A DNA stretch of 64,000 bases from a virus, in IMG/VR virus record IMGVR_UViG_3300021964_007369, positions 1 to 64,000 of that record; one strand, written 5' to 3'. Made by a program: the position numbers and the translations under genes. The notes beneath the pieces were generated by a model, which saw only the letters and a program-made list of their open reading frames with translations, searched no databases and was not told the origin of the DNA. This document shows, piece by piece, positions 25,794 through 36,514 of this stretch; position 1 is the first letter of the stretch, and the number at the start of each line of letters is the position of its first letter.

Positions 25794-26504
25794 ATGGATT
25801 GGCATCAACTTATAGAAATGAGACATACTACATTTGCATGGGATACTGAAAAAGTTCCTAGTAAAGAGTTAATTAAACAAGCCTTGCAAGAAGTATATTC
25901 ACACATACCTAGCAAAAATTTACAATTTCCGTACCAGGTTAGACTGCTAAGGAATGACAATCCTGTTATAGCAAAAGAAATTATGACTATATGCCAACGA
26001 AATGCTCATGTAACTATTGAAGAAGATAGAGGTAATCCACAAGTGTTGGCTCCTTGGTTGTTAGGATTTAATAGTAGATGGGTAGGAGACTTAGAACGAA
26101 GATACGAGAAAGAATCTGACAGAGGAAAATTAGACGGGCTAGGCGTAGGTAAAAAACGTACAAACGATCCGCATGGTGATCAGGATAGAACAGAAAATAT
26201 CGAGATAGGAATTTTTAGTGCATATGTTATGTTAGCTCTTGCCAACAAAGGGATACAAACTGGCATGTGTCAAAATATTTGTAAAAATAAAGAAAGAGCT
26301 GGAGAAATATTTAATATTAGTAATGACGATCGAGCAATGGAGTTTAGATTTATTATGGGTGTAGGGTACGGTAAAGATAGCAACATACATCATGAATACT
26401 ACGATCCTCGTGTTGATAAAAATAAAAAGATTCCATTCCCTCCAACTATAGTTGAAGAAGTATATCCTAGACCTAACTTTTCAGATGTTATTATAGAGTT
26501 GTAA
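25794..26504 (+). CDS. Nitroreductase-fold protein
   Basis: RHTTFAW, PSKNLQFPY, APWLL, GIQTGMCQ, MGVGYG. Confidence 0.65.
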   Translation: MDWHQLIEMRHTTFAWDTEKVPSKELIKQALQEVYSHIPSKNLQFPYQVRLLRNDNPVIAKEIMTICQRNAHVTIEEDRGNPQVLAPWLLGFNSRWVGDLERRYEKESDRGKLDGLGVGKKRTNDPHGDQDRTENIEIGIFSAYVMLALANKGIQTGMCQNICKNKERAGEIFNISNDDRAMEFRFIMGVGYGKDSNIHHEYYDPRVDKNKKIPFPPTIVEEVYPRPNFSDVIIEL

Positions 26505-27186
26505 AAATACTCAAACCAATTTTACGAGTAATACCAACTTTCCTAAAATCACTAGCACAATGAAGTTGCAAACTATCAAATGCAATATAACTTCCTGGTA
26601 TCCAAGGAAAGTATGATTTCATACTAAGACCTTTAATCCATTTTTCGTCTAAGTGTGTTAAGAAATCTTTACGCCAAATATCAGATATTCCTCTATCATT
26701 TATTCCTTCTACTTCTTCGTAACTTGTAATTGCTTGGTTGTAAGTAGGACTTTTATAATCTTCGCCGTTTAAAAACTTTGCGGGACCGCCATAGTAATAC
26801 TGATCAAAAAAACATAACTTTGCATCTAATGGACTTGCGCCACCGATTACTTGTAAAGGTATTGTAAATGCTTTGTAACTGTTAGGTAACTCTCGTCCAT
26901 CATCAATATGAATTACATGCGGCACTTCAGTATCAAAGATTTGTGCATTACGTACTTTAAAATTTCCGTATTTTTTACGCAGTGGTATAAGTAAATCATC
27001 TATAACGCCTTCACCTTCTTTTATATACAAACATTTAGGACCTGTAGGTTTTTCATCTACTTTGTCTTTGTGATTATTATAATGTTCTAATAATTTTTCA
27101 ATGTCGTGTTCTTTTAGAAAAATAAATTGTTGTGTTGCCGGAGACTGGCTTTCTTTTATTTTATCAATTTGTAATTGAGTTCTCAT
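26491..27186 (-). CDS. Putative Fe(II)/2OG oxygenase
   Basis: HID (HxD), W.PGSYIAFDSLQLH, KIGLSIF. Confidence 0.6.
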   Translation of the reverse strand: MRTQLQIDKIKESQSPATQQFIFLKEHDIEKLLEHYNNHKDKVDEKPTGPKCLYIKEGEGVIDDLLIPLRKKYGNFKVRNAQIFDTEVPHVIHIDDGRELPNSYKAFTIPLQVIGGASPLDAKLCFFDQYYYGGPAKFLNGEDYKSPTYNQAITSYEEVEGINDRGISDIWRKDFLTHLDEKWIKGLSMKSYFPWIPGSYIAFDSLQLHCASDFRKVGITRKIGLSIFTTL

Positions 27187-28375
27187 TAAAAATATCCTCT
27201 AGTTCTGGAAATATTTTCCAGTAATTTTTGTTATGTAATTGTTCTTGCTTTTTATACCAGCTGTATGCTTTATCTAAATATTCTTTATCTCTACGTGTAC
27301 CTATTTGACTACGTATATCATGTAAATGCTGTATGTATAAATGTTTTTGTTTTAATTTTAATTTCATAACATATTCAACAGCATCGTCTATATAACTTGT
27401 ATATTGTTCAGGAAGTATAGCAGGGTGCATTGCTTTTGGTTCAGTTAATGTATTAATACTTAATCCCCATGTCTTTCCAAATGCATTCCAATCTCTATGC
27501 TTTTGAACTAACCTTGTAGCCCAGTCTAAAAATTGCACGTGATCTGTAATAGATAATGCACTCATTGTAGGTAACAAACCTACTCTAGTAACTGCTGGTT
27601 CACTCATAAGCCAATCTAAATTGTGTTCAAATCTTGCAAAATCTAAACCTTCTCTTATTGCTTCTGCTCTAATTCCTATGTTGTCAATGCTTGCATTAAG
27701 ACTGTGTACTACATATGGATATTTTTTACATATGTCTATAAACTTTTGTACAACACTTGGTCCTAAATTTAGATTACTAATAAACTGCATTACACATCTT
27801 TGCTTTCGTGTGTTGTGAATATTTGCCAAGTATTCAACTATATCAAGAAATTCATCTATTAAAAATGTTTCTCCGCCTAAGAATGTGTATATTACACTTT
27901 CTTTATCTCCAGTGTTATTTTCTATATGTTTATACAAACTTGTAAGAGCCGCTTCTTGCCATTCTGCATCAGGCTCTAAAATAGGTACACCTAATTTTTT
28001 TGCCCATAAACTACTTACTTCTGGTATACAATATATGCATGTCTGATTACATTTACTAGAAAGTGCTATTTCAATTCTGTAGGAAAGATCATTTTTTAAA
28101 TTAGGTGTTGACTTGTTTAACCAATTGTTCCAAGTGTTGTATTGACTATTAGGGTGGTTAGAGCTACAGGCTTCACAACCTTTAGGAAAATTATTATTTT
28201 TTATCCAATACTGTTTTGCTTCTGTTAGTTCTTTGCGGTCGGTCCAAAACTTTGGGTCTGAAATTTCTTCTATTGTAGGTGTTTCAAGTTGTTGTCTTTT
28301 ACAACAATTTACAACTTCTTTTCTATGGATGTTTAAGTTTATGTCCGTCCATAACCTACTGCAAGGAGTAATCAT
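27164..28375 (-). CDS. Radical SAM protein with N-terminal twitch domain
   Basis: C..W...NCC...C..C, then CNQTCIYC, GGE, SID...IREG. Start 28375 (TAATG overlap). Confidence 0.85.
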   Translation of the reverse strand: MITPCSRLWTDINLNIHRKEVVNCCKRQQLETPTIEEISDPKFWTDRKELTEAKQYWIKNNNFPKGCEACSSNHPNSQYNTWNNWLNKSTPNLKNDLSYRIEIALSSKCNQTCIYCIPEVSSLWAKKLGVPILEPDAEWQEAALTSLYKHIENNTGDKESVIYTFLGGETFLIDEFLDIVEYLANIHNTRKQRCVMQFISNLNLGPSVVQKFIDICKKYPYVVHSLNASIDNIGIRAEAIREGLDFARFEHNLDWLMSEPAVTRVGLLPTMSALSITDHVQFLDWATRLVQKHRDWNAFGKTWGLSINTLTEPKAMHPAILPEQYTSYIDDAVEYVMKLKLKQKHLYIQHLHDIRSQIGTRRDKEYLDKAYSWYKKQEQLHNKNYWKIFPELEDIFNENSITN

Positions 28376-29133
28376 TAGAATGCCTTTGTTATGCTCATTA
28401 ACTTTAATACATTTTCCCAAGTTTTTGGTATATTCATTACAAGATGGATACTATCGTTTACCCAACTGTGTGTTCTATGAGTCTTTGTTGTGTCTACATA
28501 GTAAACACCGCCGGGCTTTATTGGAACTTTTGTGTGTTCCATTTCCCATTCGAATTCGTCTCTTGTTACATTCCAACTAGGAAATGCAACTACTCTAAAA
28601 GTGTCTCTTGTAAGTTTAGGATGATCTTTATGCGGAGGAAAATATCCTCCAGCATTTGCTTTAACTAACATTGTTCTACCTAATGGTTTCCAATAGTCTA
28701 ATAATTCATGTAAACTAGGAAGCATATTATATGCTTCTGTAGGAGTGTTGAATTCTGTTTCGCTTAAACGTCTGCCAGCTTTTTTACATGCTTCTGGCAT
28801 ACTCAACCCTTCTTCCATAGAAGCATCAGGTAACCCAAAAAGAGATATTCCTTCTCTGTCGTTCATTATACCTTCTCTACGTAGGTACGGTACCCATCGG
28901 TCATCAAGTGCTTCAACTTCTTTCATAAATTGACTTGGATCTATTTTTATACTTAGAGGCTCCCAAAAACTAAGCATGCCTAATTGAAGTTCACACTTTA
29001 GATCTTCGTTACTAGGATCTAAAGACTCTGGATTGTCTAACCATGTTTGATAATAGTTTGCTTGTGTAGCTCTATTCGCAAGAGGTATTAAATTAAGTTG
29101 TTTACCGTCTTTATCGTATTTTTTATAGTCCAT
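28375..29133 (-). CDS. Fe(II)/2OG oxygenase (Asp/Asn beta-hydroxylase-like)
   Basis: FPPHKD (HxD), YYVDTTKTH, IHLVMN. Confidence 0.68.
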   Translation of the reverse strand: MDYKKYDKDGKQLNLIPLANRATQANYYQTWLDNPESLDPSNEDLKCELQLGMLSFWEPLSIKIDPSQFMKEVEALDDRWVPYLRREGIMNDREGISLFGLPDASMEEGLSMPEACKKAGRRLSETEFNTPTEAYNMLPSLHELLDYWKPLGRTMLVKANAGGYFPPHKDHPKLTRDTFRVVAFPSWNVTRDEFEWEMEHTKVPIKPGGVYYVDTTKTHRTHSWVNDSIHLVMNIPKTWENVLKLMSITKAF

Positions 29134-29144
29134 ACTAATATTTA

Positions 29145-29855
29145 TTAGCGGACCACGTTGTTAAACCACTTCTTTGGCTTTTGTCCTGTATGTGTGACAC
29201 CGTCTTTGTATGTTGTAAAGCTGTGGTCTGTATTTGAAATACCTGTTCCGATACCGACGCTTATCATAGGTCTACCTATATAATCTTTGTTAAAATAAAA
29301 TGTTTGATCGTTGAAAGTTACATTTATTTTTTGAAGATTAGAACCAAATCTATTCCAAATTTTTTCAGCATATTCATAACTTGTATTGTTGTCTTGTTTA
29401 ATAGCCCAACCATCTACACAAGCAATTTGACAGGCATCGTATCCTAGTTGTAAAGTTTCGGAAACAAGAATACCAGCATGGAAAGAATTATTTCGTATTG
29501 CTTCTGTATTTTTAGAAATCTTAATATAACCTCTTTGTTCTTCTGTTAATATTTCATTTAGGTCCTGAGGAATTTTAATTTGAAAACTTGTAAACATATA
29601 CGGAGCATCTTGTAACGCCGTAAAATACTCATTGTGTCCTTGGTATTTGTCATCTGTAAAATAAATGTTTTCTACTAACCAATTTTTTAATGCTTCATCT
29701 TCTGGTGTAAGCAAACACCAAACATGATCAATAGATCCTAATTGACTAGGAATGTATTGTATCATTTCTACTAGATTGTCTATATCCTGTTGTGCTGGAA
29801 TGATACTACTGTCAAACGCTCTTACCGTCCACCTATTTTTCCATTTATTTAACAT
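29145..29855 (-). CDS. Nitroreductase-fold protein
   Basis: RWTVRAF, IPSQ, APY, LGYDACQIAC, ISVGIG. Confidence 0.6.
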   Translation of the reverse strand: MLNKWKNRWTVRAFDSSIIPAQQDIDNLVEMIQYIPSQLGSIDHVWCLLTPEDEALKNWLVENIYFTDDKYQGHNEYFTALQDAPYMFTSFQIKIPQDLNEILTEEQRGYIKISKNTEAIRNNSFHAGILVSETLQLGYDACQIACVDGWAIKQDNNTSYEYAEKIWNRFGSNLQKINVTFNDQTFYFNKDYIGRPMISVGIGTGISNTDHSFTTYKDGVTHTGQKPKKWFNNVVR

Positions 29856-31189
29856 TAGCTCTTCTTTAAATTGCTGTGCTCAGATATTTCATTATATTCA
29901 TTATCGTAAATGCCAGGGTATTCTTTATTTAAAATATCTAATTCAGGTATTGCTTCAAATACATTTGTGTCTCTGCTAAAATCTAATACAGCACTTTTTC
30001 TTAAAAAGTTTATAGCACCTTGTTCACTGTGTGGTTTCTCTAATTCGTTATAGAAAGTTTTTAAGTTTTGAGGATTATGCACAAAAGTAGATTTTTCATA
30101 TCTTTTAATTTTTTTTCTAATTTCTTTTTTAAATTTATCAGGTAATACTTGTATGTTAAATGCTTTTGTAAATACCGGATTTAACGCAGGAGTAAATCTT
30201 TCATTGTCGCTTCTGTATAATTCTTTAAATTCTTCTAACATCTCCGGTAGCCTAAAAATATTATAACACCCTAAACTTATGATAGGACTACATCTAATAT
30301 CAGCTTCAACTAACTTACGAATATTAGAACTAACTATTTTCCAGTCAGTTCCGTATCTAATCCATTCAGCCCTTGCACCTAGTTCGTCCACACTATTTTC
30401 AATGTACAATCTATCCTTCTTCCATTTCTTCCAATAGTCGATTACATTTTTTCCTTTATAATCTAACTTTAAAAGATTAGAATTGTATTTCATTTTTACA
30501 TTATATTTTTTAAGATTATCTAATTTTTCTAATATGTACCAATGCTCGTCCATTACAAGTGGTTCGCCGCCTGCAAAATAAATTTTTTCTACATCATGTA
30601 TAGCATCGTCGACCCAACTAATTTTTTCTCCAAAGTTTTCAACTTTATCCATAGCGATAGTATCTTCTTCCGATAATACTAATGCTTGCATTAATCGACT
30701 CCTAGCATTGTCCGACGTCATGCTTTTATACAAACGGTTTGCTTCAATTGTCCACCTACTGCTAAATTGTGGTGTACACATAACGCAAGTCATATTGCAA
30801 ATATTACTAAAACGTAAATCCCAATACCGTATTTTAAAATCTGGCAGTGTACCATCTTCTTGAGTTGTAGGAATTATATCCATTACTTCGTCTGCATAGT
30901 TATGAGTGAAAGCCCATTGCCTAGGACTCTTTACACCAATCTTTTCATAATTTACACATTTATGACAAGTGTCCTCAGGCAATATACCATTAAGCATATC
31001 AACTCTAAGTTTTTTCATTTTGTCACCGTTAAATATTTCATCTATAGTTTTTTCTTTTACATTACCTAAGATTGTAGGATTTGCTCCACGCTGGTGACAA
31101 CAAGGCACAACATCACCGTTAGGATTAATTGCTAAGTGTGACCAAGGATGTATACATAAACTAGTTGATTTTAATTTATAAGGGTTCAT
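29855..31189 (-). CDS. Radical SAM protein with N-terminal twitch domain
   Basis: CIHPW...PCC...CHKC; CNMTCVMC; FAGGEP. Confidence 0.9.
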   Translation of the reverse strand: MNPYKLKSTSLCIHPWSHLAINPNGDVVPCCHQRGANPTILGNVKEKTIDEIFNGDKMKKLRVDMLNGILPEDTCHKCVNYEKIGVKSPRQWAFTHNYADEVMDIIPTTQEDGTLPDFKIRYWDLRFSNICNMTCVMCTPQFSSRWTIEANRLYKSMTSDNARSRLMQALVLSEEDTIAMDKVENFGEKISWVDDAIHDVEKIYFAGGEPLVMDEHWYILEKLDNLKKYNVKMKYNSNLLKLDYKGKNVIDYWKKWKKDRLYIENSVDELGARAEWIRYGTDWKIVSSNIRKLVEADIRCSPIISLGCYNIFRLPEMLEEFKELYRSDNERFTPALNPVFTKAFNIQVLPDKFKKEIRKKIKRYEKSTFVHNPQNLKTFYNELEKPHSEQGAINFLRKSAVLDFSRDTNVFEAIPELDILNKEYPGIYDNEYNEISEHSNLKKS

Positions 31190-31193
31190 ACTA

Positions 31194-32093
31194 CTATTTA
31201 ACTTCCTTTATTTTTTCAGATATCTTTTTGGCAATATGTTTAATACTGTTAATATCGTAATGGTACGGACTTCTGCCTAATCTATGCTGATCGTCTCCAA
31301 CAACTTCTTCCCAATCAATTTCTAATAGTTTTGCTCTATAAGGACGCATCTGATGTTTAATACCTAGATGTATACCTTTTTGAAACCTGTGTACATCATA
31401 CCAACTGTTTACATCAAAATGTTTTCCATTTGTAACTTTGTTTTTAAATATATGTGTAAAATTTCCAGTGACTGGAATATCTTGATAGTATCCTATCTTT
31501 TTGTTAATCCAACGTCTAGCTGGTGGAGTATACACTAATTGTATTCTATCCTCAAATAATCCTGTGACTAATTCAGCAAAACGTCTTCCCCATTCACCTT
31601 GCATATTCCAATTTTCTTTTTGATTCCAAAATCCTCTAAATACTAAGTCGTCATCATATGTACATACATTACGTTTATCGTTCAGTATATCTAATATGTT
31701 TTCAGGAAACTTTAATTTAGTAAGTTCACTTGCTGATTTTTCTTTGATTAGTTGCTTAATTAATGTTACATGTTCTTTATTGTATTGACAACGTGCTTCT
31801 GATTCTCTTGTAAAACTAGCAATTAGATAGTTGTCTTTTTTATTTGTTTTAGGAACTATATCAAAATAATCTTTGCTTACAATTTCTTTGTATATACGTC
31901 TGCCAAACGGATACTTTTTTGCATCACTTTTATTATACCATTTGTCAACAGCATCAGCAATATATCCAATAGGTGAAAACAAACTACCTATAGTAGTTGT
32001 ATCTAATCTTTGAAATGTATGTTGCGGATATTTTTTAATTAGTATTGGTATAGTATCTTCTAATTCACATCCGCCCCAGAGGAAGAAGTTCAT
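31194..32093 (-). CDS. Hypothetical protein (possibly SGNH-like)
   Basis: N-terminal WGGC and C-terminal D..H..GRSPYHY. Function unclear. Confidence 0.6.
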   Translation of the reverse strand: MNFFLWGGCELEDTIPILIKKYPQHTFQRLDTTTIGSLFSPIGYIADAVDKWYNKSDAKKYPFGRRIYKEIVSKDYFDIVPKTNKKDNYLIASFTRESEARCQYNKEHVTLIKQLIKEKSASELTKLKFPENILDILNDKRNVCTYDDDLVFRGFWNQKENWNMQGEWGRRFAELVTGLFEDRIQLVYTPPARRWINKKIGYYQDIPVTGNFTHIFKNKVTNGKHFDVNSWYDVHRFQKGIHLGIKHQMRPYRAKLLEIDWEEVVGDDQHRLGRSPYHYDINSIKHIAKKISEKIKEVK

Positions 32094-33238
32094 ATATCCA
32101 ACTCCGGAACTACATCTACTAAATTTTGATTTCGACTTTCGTCTAACTTTGCAGTATACTCTTTAAATGCATCTAATTTATTTGACCAATCTTCTGCCCA
32201 CATGTAATCTATAATGCCTTGCACTTTAGGCAAATCTATATACGGTCTTAGTCTAAGGGCGGCTAAATTTTTCAAATCTTTCGGTAAACATCTTATGTTT
32301 AGATATTCAGGATGATTTAAAATATTAAAATATATTTTATGTTCATAGGGTAATGCCCATTCAATTAATTTATCTAAGTGTAATATGTTGTACATCTGCA
32401 CTGTACAATGTATTTCAATAGTTGCGTTATAAAGTTTTCTAATATCCTGAAAGTTGCGTTCTATAGTAGCCCAGTTACTAGGATATCGTATGTATCTATC
32501 AAGTTCGCCTGTTGCATCAATACTACAATTTAATTGTACATGTTTAAACTTACTCCATTTCCATATTAAATCTTTAGGAACATTTGTAAGATTAGTGTTA
32601 TACTTTAATTTTATTTTATGTGCTGTTTTATTATCTATAAAATAATCAAGCAATCTATGCTGTTCTTTAATAATAGTTGGTTCGCCACCTGTTAGATATA
32701 TTTCATCGACTGTATTAGCAATGCTGAATAAATTTTCCCAAGTCTTTTCATCTTCAGGCCAATCCATATTACTTAATCGTTTATATTCACTTTCACTTAG
32801 AGCTTCTTCAACTAGATTCCATTCTTTGACCCACATACTACTTGCATACGGATTGCACATTCTACATTTTAAATTACATAAGTTGCCTAACCGTAAGTCC
32901 ACATATTTAATATCAAAAGGTGCATCTACTGTATACTTAATATCTTCTTGCCATTTATGATTCCATGCTTGTCTTGCACTACGCACACCTGCATCTTCTT
33001 CACGGAAACATCTTGTACACATTTCAGGACGTTCACCGTCAAGCATTTGCTTACGTATTTTTTTATATACTTCGCTATTCCATGCTTCTTCTAAGTTATC
33101 TTTGTTTAGTTTAAAAGGGGTGCCATCTTCTTTGGTAATAAAATTTTGTCCAGGAATAGAGTTACAACACACACGAAGATTGCCACTAGCATTGGTAGCT
33201 AGATGCATCCACGGAAGTATACAAAATGTTTTACTCAT
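32090..33238 (-). CDS. Radical SAM protein with N-terminal twitch domain
   Basis: CILPW...VCC...CTRC; CNLKCRMC; TGGEP; SIDA...YIRYP. Confidence 0.9.
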   Translation of the reverse strand: MSKTFCILPWMHLATNASGNLRVCCNSIPGQNFITKEDGTPFKLNKDNLEEAWNSEVYKKIRKQMLDGERPEMCTRCFREEDAGVRSARQAWNHKWQEDIKYTVDAPFDIKYVDLRLGNLCNLKCRMCNPYASSMWVKEWNLVEEALSESEYKRLSNMDWPEDEKTWENLFSIANTVDEIYLTGGEPTIIKEQHRLLDYFIDNKTAHKIKLKYNTNLTNVPKDLIWKWSKFKHVQLNCSIDATGELDRYIRYPSNWATIERNFQDIRKLYNATIEIHCTVQMYNILHLDKLIEWALPYEHKIYFNILNHPEYLNIRCLPKDLKNLAALRLRPYIDLPKVQGIIDYMWAEDWSNKLDAFKEYTAKLDESRNQNLVDVVPELDI

Positions 33239-34430
33239 ATCTTTTAAACTCCGGTACTATGTCAAACAGATTAGTGTCTCTACTTGCATCTAATTTTTTA
33301 CTAAATCTTAAAAACTGATCCCAGTTTTCAGATTTTTGTTCAGCAAGTAAAAAATTTAAATTAGTATTAATAAATCTTTCTATACGCTTTTTTCGAGAAG
33401 TACTTATATCGTATGTTTTAACTTTTTCTAAATATGCTTTGTATTTCTTTTCTGCTGTATCCTTTAATCCCACAGGCAATATTTGGGGGTTAATAAATTT
33501 AGGTGCCCATGCAATGTTTCCGTGTACAGGTAAATCTAATTCAAATGTAAAGTAGTCATATGCTTCAGGCAGTCCCATTACATTCCAAGCACTATAACAT
33601 AATGCCGCTCTGGCTTCAAACTTATCACCTAGTTCTAATTTAACTTTCTTTAAGTTTTCTGCAATTTGTTTTGTGTTTGCTTCAGTACGAATATATTCAT
33701 TTAGTTCTGGATGACCGTCTATACTCAAACTTATATCAACACTTCTAAAATCTTTCCATGCTTCTAGTGCATCAAACTTTCCGTACTTTAGTTTACTTAA
33801 ATTTGTGCTGTACTTAACTGTGATATGTTCACCATGGGGCCTCAGTGCCTCTAATACCTTATAATGCATAGGATCCATTAGAGGTTCTCCGCCAGCAAAC
33901 TCCACTATTTCCATAGTTGGTGCTAGTTTTTCTATGTTAGCTAAGAACTCTGGATTGTTATAGTTTTCTTGTCTAGTTGTATCATTTTTCCAACCTATGT
34001 CTTCATATTCGTCTTTGACTTTAGCCCAATCTTTTAACCATGTCGTTGAAAGGTCTGGCTTACATGTTCTACAACGGAAGTTACATAAGTTACTAAGTTT
34101 TAATTCTAGCACTGGAATATTAAACGGTACTTGTGTATGTTCTTCGTCTTCATCAAACGGATACATCCAATTGCGGGTCTTGTTCATAGTTTGACGCATA
34201 CTAACACTGCCTTGGTCTTCTAATTGATAACAAGGCCAACAACCTTCTGGACGTTCATCGTTCAAAAGTTCTTTACGCAACTTTTGCATATGTTTATTAT
34301 TCCAAATTTGTTCTAGTGTTTCATCAGCAATATTACCTACAGTTTGCATACTTCTACAACAAGGAGCAACGTTACCGTCAACTCTTGTGCTTAGATGTAT
34401 CCAGGGTAATATACAAAAATTATTCTTCAT
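33231..34430 (-). CDS. Radical SAM protein with N-terminal twitch domain
   Basis: CILPW...PCC...CWPC; CNFRCRTC; AGGEP. Start 34430. Confidence 0.9.
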   Translation of the reverse strand: MKNNFCILPWIHLSTRVDGNVAPCCRSMQTVGNIADETLEQIWNNKHMQKLRKELLNDERPEGCWPCYQLEDQGSVSMRQTMNKTRNWMYPFDEDEEHTQVPFNIPVLELKLSNLCNFRCRTCKPDLSTTWLKDWAKVKDEYEDIGWKNDTTRQENYNNPEFLANIEKLAPTMEIVEFAGGEPLMDPMHYKVLEALRPHGEHITVKYSTNLSKLKYGKFDALEAWKDFRSVDISLSIDGHPELNEYIRTEANTKQIAENLKKVKLELGDKFEARAALCYSAWNVMGLPEAYDYFTFELDLPVHGNIAWAPKFINPQILPVGLKDTAEKKYKAYLEKVKTYDISTSRKKRIERFINTNLNFLLAEQKSENWDQFLRFSKKLDASRDTNLFDIVPEFKRYE

Positions 34431-35544
34431 TCCAAATTTTCCTAAACTTTGGTTCAACATCAAACAACTTTTCGTTTCTGATTTTGTCTAATTTCTCAGT
34501 ATATTCTTTAAACTTCTTCCATTTGCTTTTATCTCGATTTTGAGTTTTTAACCATTTAACAATGTTATCAAAGCTAGGTTCTTTACTGTATCTTGCAATT
34601 AACTTTCTCTTTGTCTTGTCTGGTAAATTAGCAGGGTCTTGATAAGTCGGAAAATAACTAATATTACCAAATGCTTTACTATAATTTTCATGAGGGCCAA
34701 AATATTTTTTTATAACAGATAGCATTTGTTGTAGATGAAAGATATTATACATTGTAACTGTAATACTAATACCAGGAATAAAATTGGGCAGTCGGTCTCG
34801 CATATACTCCATATTTTTTACTGCTGTTTCAAGTGGATGATTAGGTCCGCCTCTTATATATTTGTAAAGTTCTCCTGTAGCTTCTAAACTTAGATTACAT
34901 TTTATTTTTTTGAACTGTTTTAATTTTTCAATATAATAATCACTTATGCCTGTGCCATTTGTAAAAACAACAAGTGTTGTATTTCTTTTAAAATTATCAT
35001 CTAATCTATCTATAAAGTTTAAGAACTGGTCAGTAACAAACGGCTCGCCACCTTTTACTTCTAATACAAAGTCGTCATAAGTTACATTATTACAATATTC
35101 AACAATTTGATCTAACCTATAATCAGGCATATCATATTTTGGTGTTATAACTCTTTCTAAATCAAATCCGCCTTCTACAAGTTTCTTTTCATCAGCAATC
35201 CATTTGGTGCTATTTCTACTTTCGCACATTCTGCATTTTAAATTACATGTATTACCAAATGTAATATCCAAATAAGTAATCTCGCCTTCTTTGGCGTCGC
35301 CCTTATTTCCTCGCCATTCTCGTCTACTCGGAATGCCTTTTTCTTCTGTAATCTTACAAACTTCACAACCTTTGTGAAGTAATCCTTTTTCTTTTACCTC
35401 ATTGTATGCGTTTGCATACCAATCAAATATATTTTCTTCGCCTTCTGGAGACACTGCATCTGTAAATATACAACAAGGTTTAATCGTACCTCTGTTGTTT
35501 ATATTCATATGATGCCATGGGCTTAAACAAAATTTCTCAGACAT
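34420..35544 (-). CDS. Radical SAM protein with N-terminal twitch domain
   Basis: CLSPW...PCC...CEVC; CNLKCRMC; KGGEP. Start 35544. Confidence 0.9.
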   Translation of the reverse strand: MSEKFCLSPWHHMNINNRGTIKPCCIFTDAVSPEGEENIFDWYANAYNEVKEKGLLHKGCEVCKITEEKGIPSRREWRGNKGDAKEGEITYLDITFGNTCNLKCRMCESRNSTKWIADEKKLVEGGFDLERVITPKYDMPDYRLDQIVEYCNNVTYDDFVLEVKGGEPFVTDQFLNFIDRLDDNFKRNTTLVVFTNGTGISDYYIEKLKQFKKIKCNLSLEATGELYKYIRGGPNHPLETAVKNMEYMRDRLPNFIPGISITVTMYNIFHLQQMLSVIKKYFGPHENYSKAFGNISYFPTYQDPANLPDKTKRKLIARYSKEPSFDNIVKWLKTQNRDKSKWKKFKEYTEKLDKIRNEKLFDVEPKFRKIWNEE

Positions 35545-36514
35545 GTTCTTTCCATTTCGTAGTATTGAGATCTGCCGCACAATTACACCATTGCTTTGCA
35601 CACAATATAGGATCTTGTTCTAGGGTAAAACCTGTTTCTATGTTACCCAATATGCCGCCCTGTTTGCAAGTAGCTCTATATACACTACCATCGTTATCAA
35701 TCATAAGCGTTTCTAAGCCTGCCATACACTTCCAACCTTTAAATGTATTCCATTTATTCTTTGTTAAAGTGTTTACATTATCTAGCCAATTTTTTTCTTT
35801 AGTCCATAGTTCGCAGTTTTCTTTATTAGTGCCTGCTTTGTTAAAACTATCCAAATATTCTAATTCTTCGTCGTTGTAATATCCTGTTGCTCCGCCCCAT
35901 TGAACTCCTTCAAATTCCATACCGCTTGCACCAGGCGGATTAAATTCGCCTTGCTTGTTTGTCATAGGACGTATTCTACGCATTACATATTGTATATCAT
36001 TTGTTTGTAGCCAGTCTACAACACCTTTAACTTCATCTAAGCGTCCAGGCAAATACATTAGATGAACATGTATATGTTTTGCTTTATCTTTTAAGCCTAG
36101 TAATACTTCTTTCATGTGTGGTATACGCAGATGTTCAAAGTGCCAACTAAAAATTATATTATCAATATACTCTAATGCTTTGGTATATTTTTCTAAAGGC
36201 AAACTTCCATTACTAATAATACTTGTTTCATCTACATTATATTTTTTAAACAATGCAAGTATATCTAATATTTGCGGATGTACAAACGGCTCGCCGCCTG
36301 TAAGGCTCATTCTAATTTTCTTATCTTTATAAAACTCTCTTAGTGTTTTGATTGTGTATTCAAAACTTTCAAGTGGCATATGTTTGCTTGTATTATCGTG
36401 TAGATCAGCACCACAGTAACTACAATCAAAGTTACAGCGTTTGCCCATATTCCATTCTATACGTACCCAAGATTTATATTTCTTAGCACTATGCTCTACA
36501 CGTACTAGATCCAT
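35537..36514 (-). CDS. Radical SAM protein with C-terminal SPASM/twitch cysteines
   Basis: CNFDCSYC, TGGEP, CMAG...TC...C...CNC. Paralog of 24598-25719. Confidence 0.88.
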   Translation of the reverse strand: MDLVRVEHSAKKYKSWVRIEWNMGKRCNFDCSYCGADLHDNTSKHMPLESFEYTIKTLREFYKDKKIRMSLTGGEPFVHPQILDILALFKKYNVDETSIISNGSLPLEKYTKALEYIDNIIFSWHFEHLRIPHMKEVLLGLKDKAKHIHVHLMYLPGRLDEVKGVVDWLQTNDIQYVMRRIRPMTNKQGEFNPPGASGMEFEGVQWGGATGYYNDEELEYLDSFNKAGTNKENCELWTKEKNWLDNVNTLTKNKWNTFKGWKCMAGLETLMIDNDGSVYRATCKQGGILGNIETGFTLEQDPILCAKQWCNCAADLNTTKWKEHV

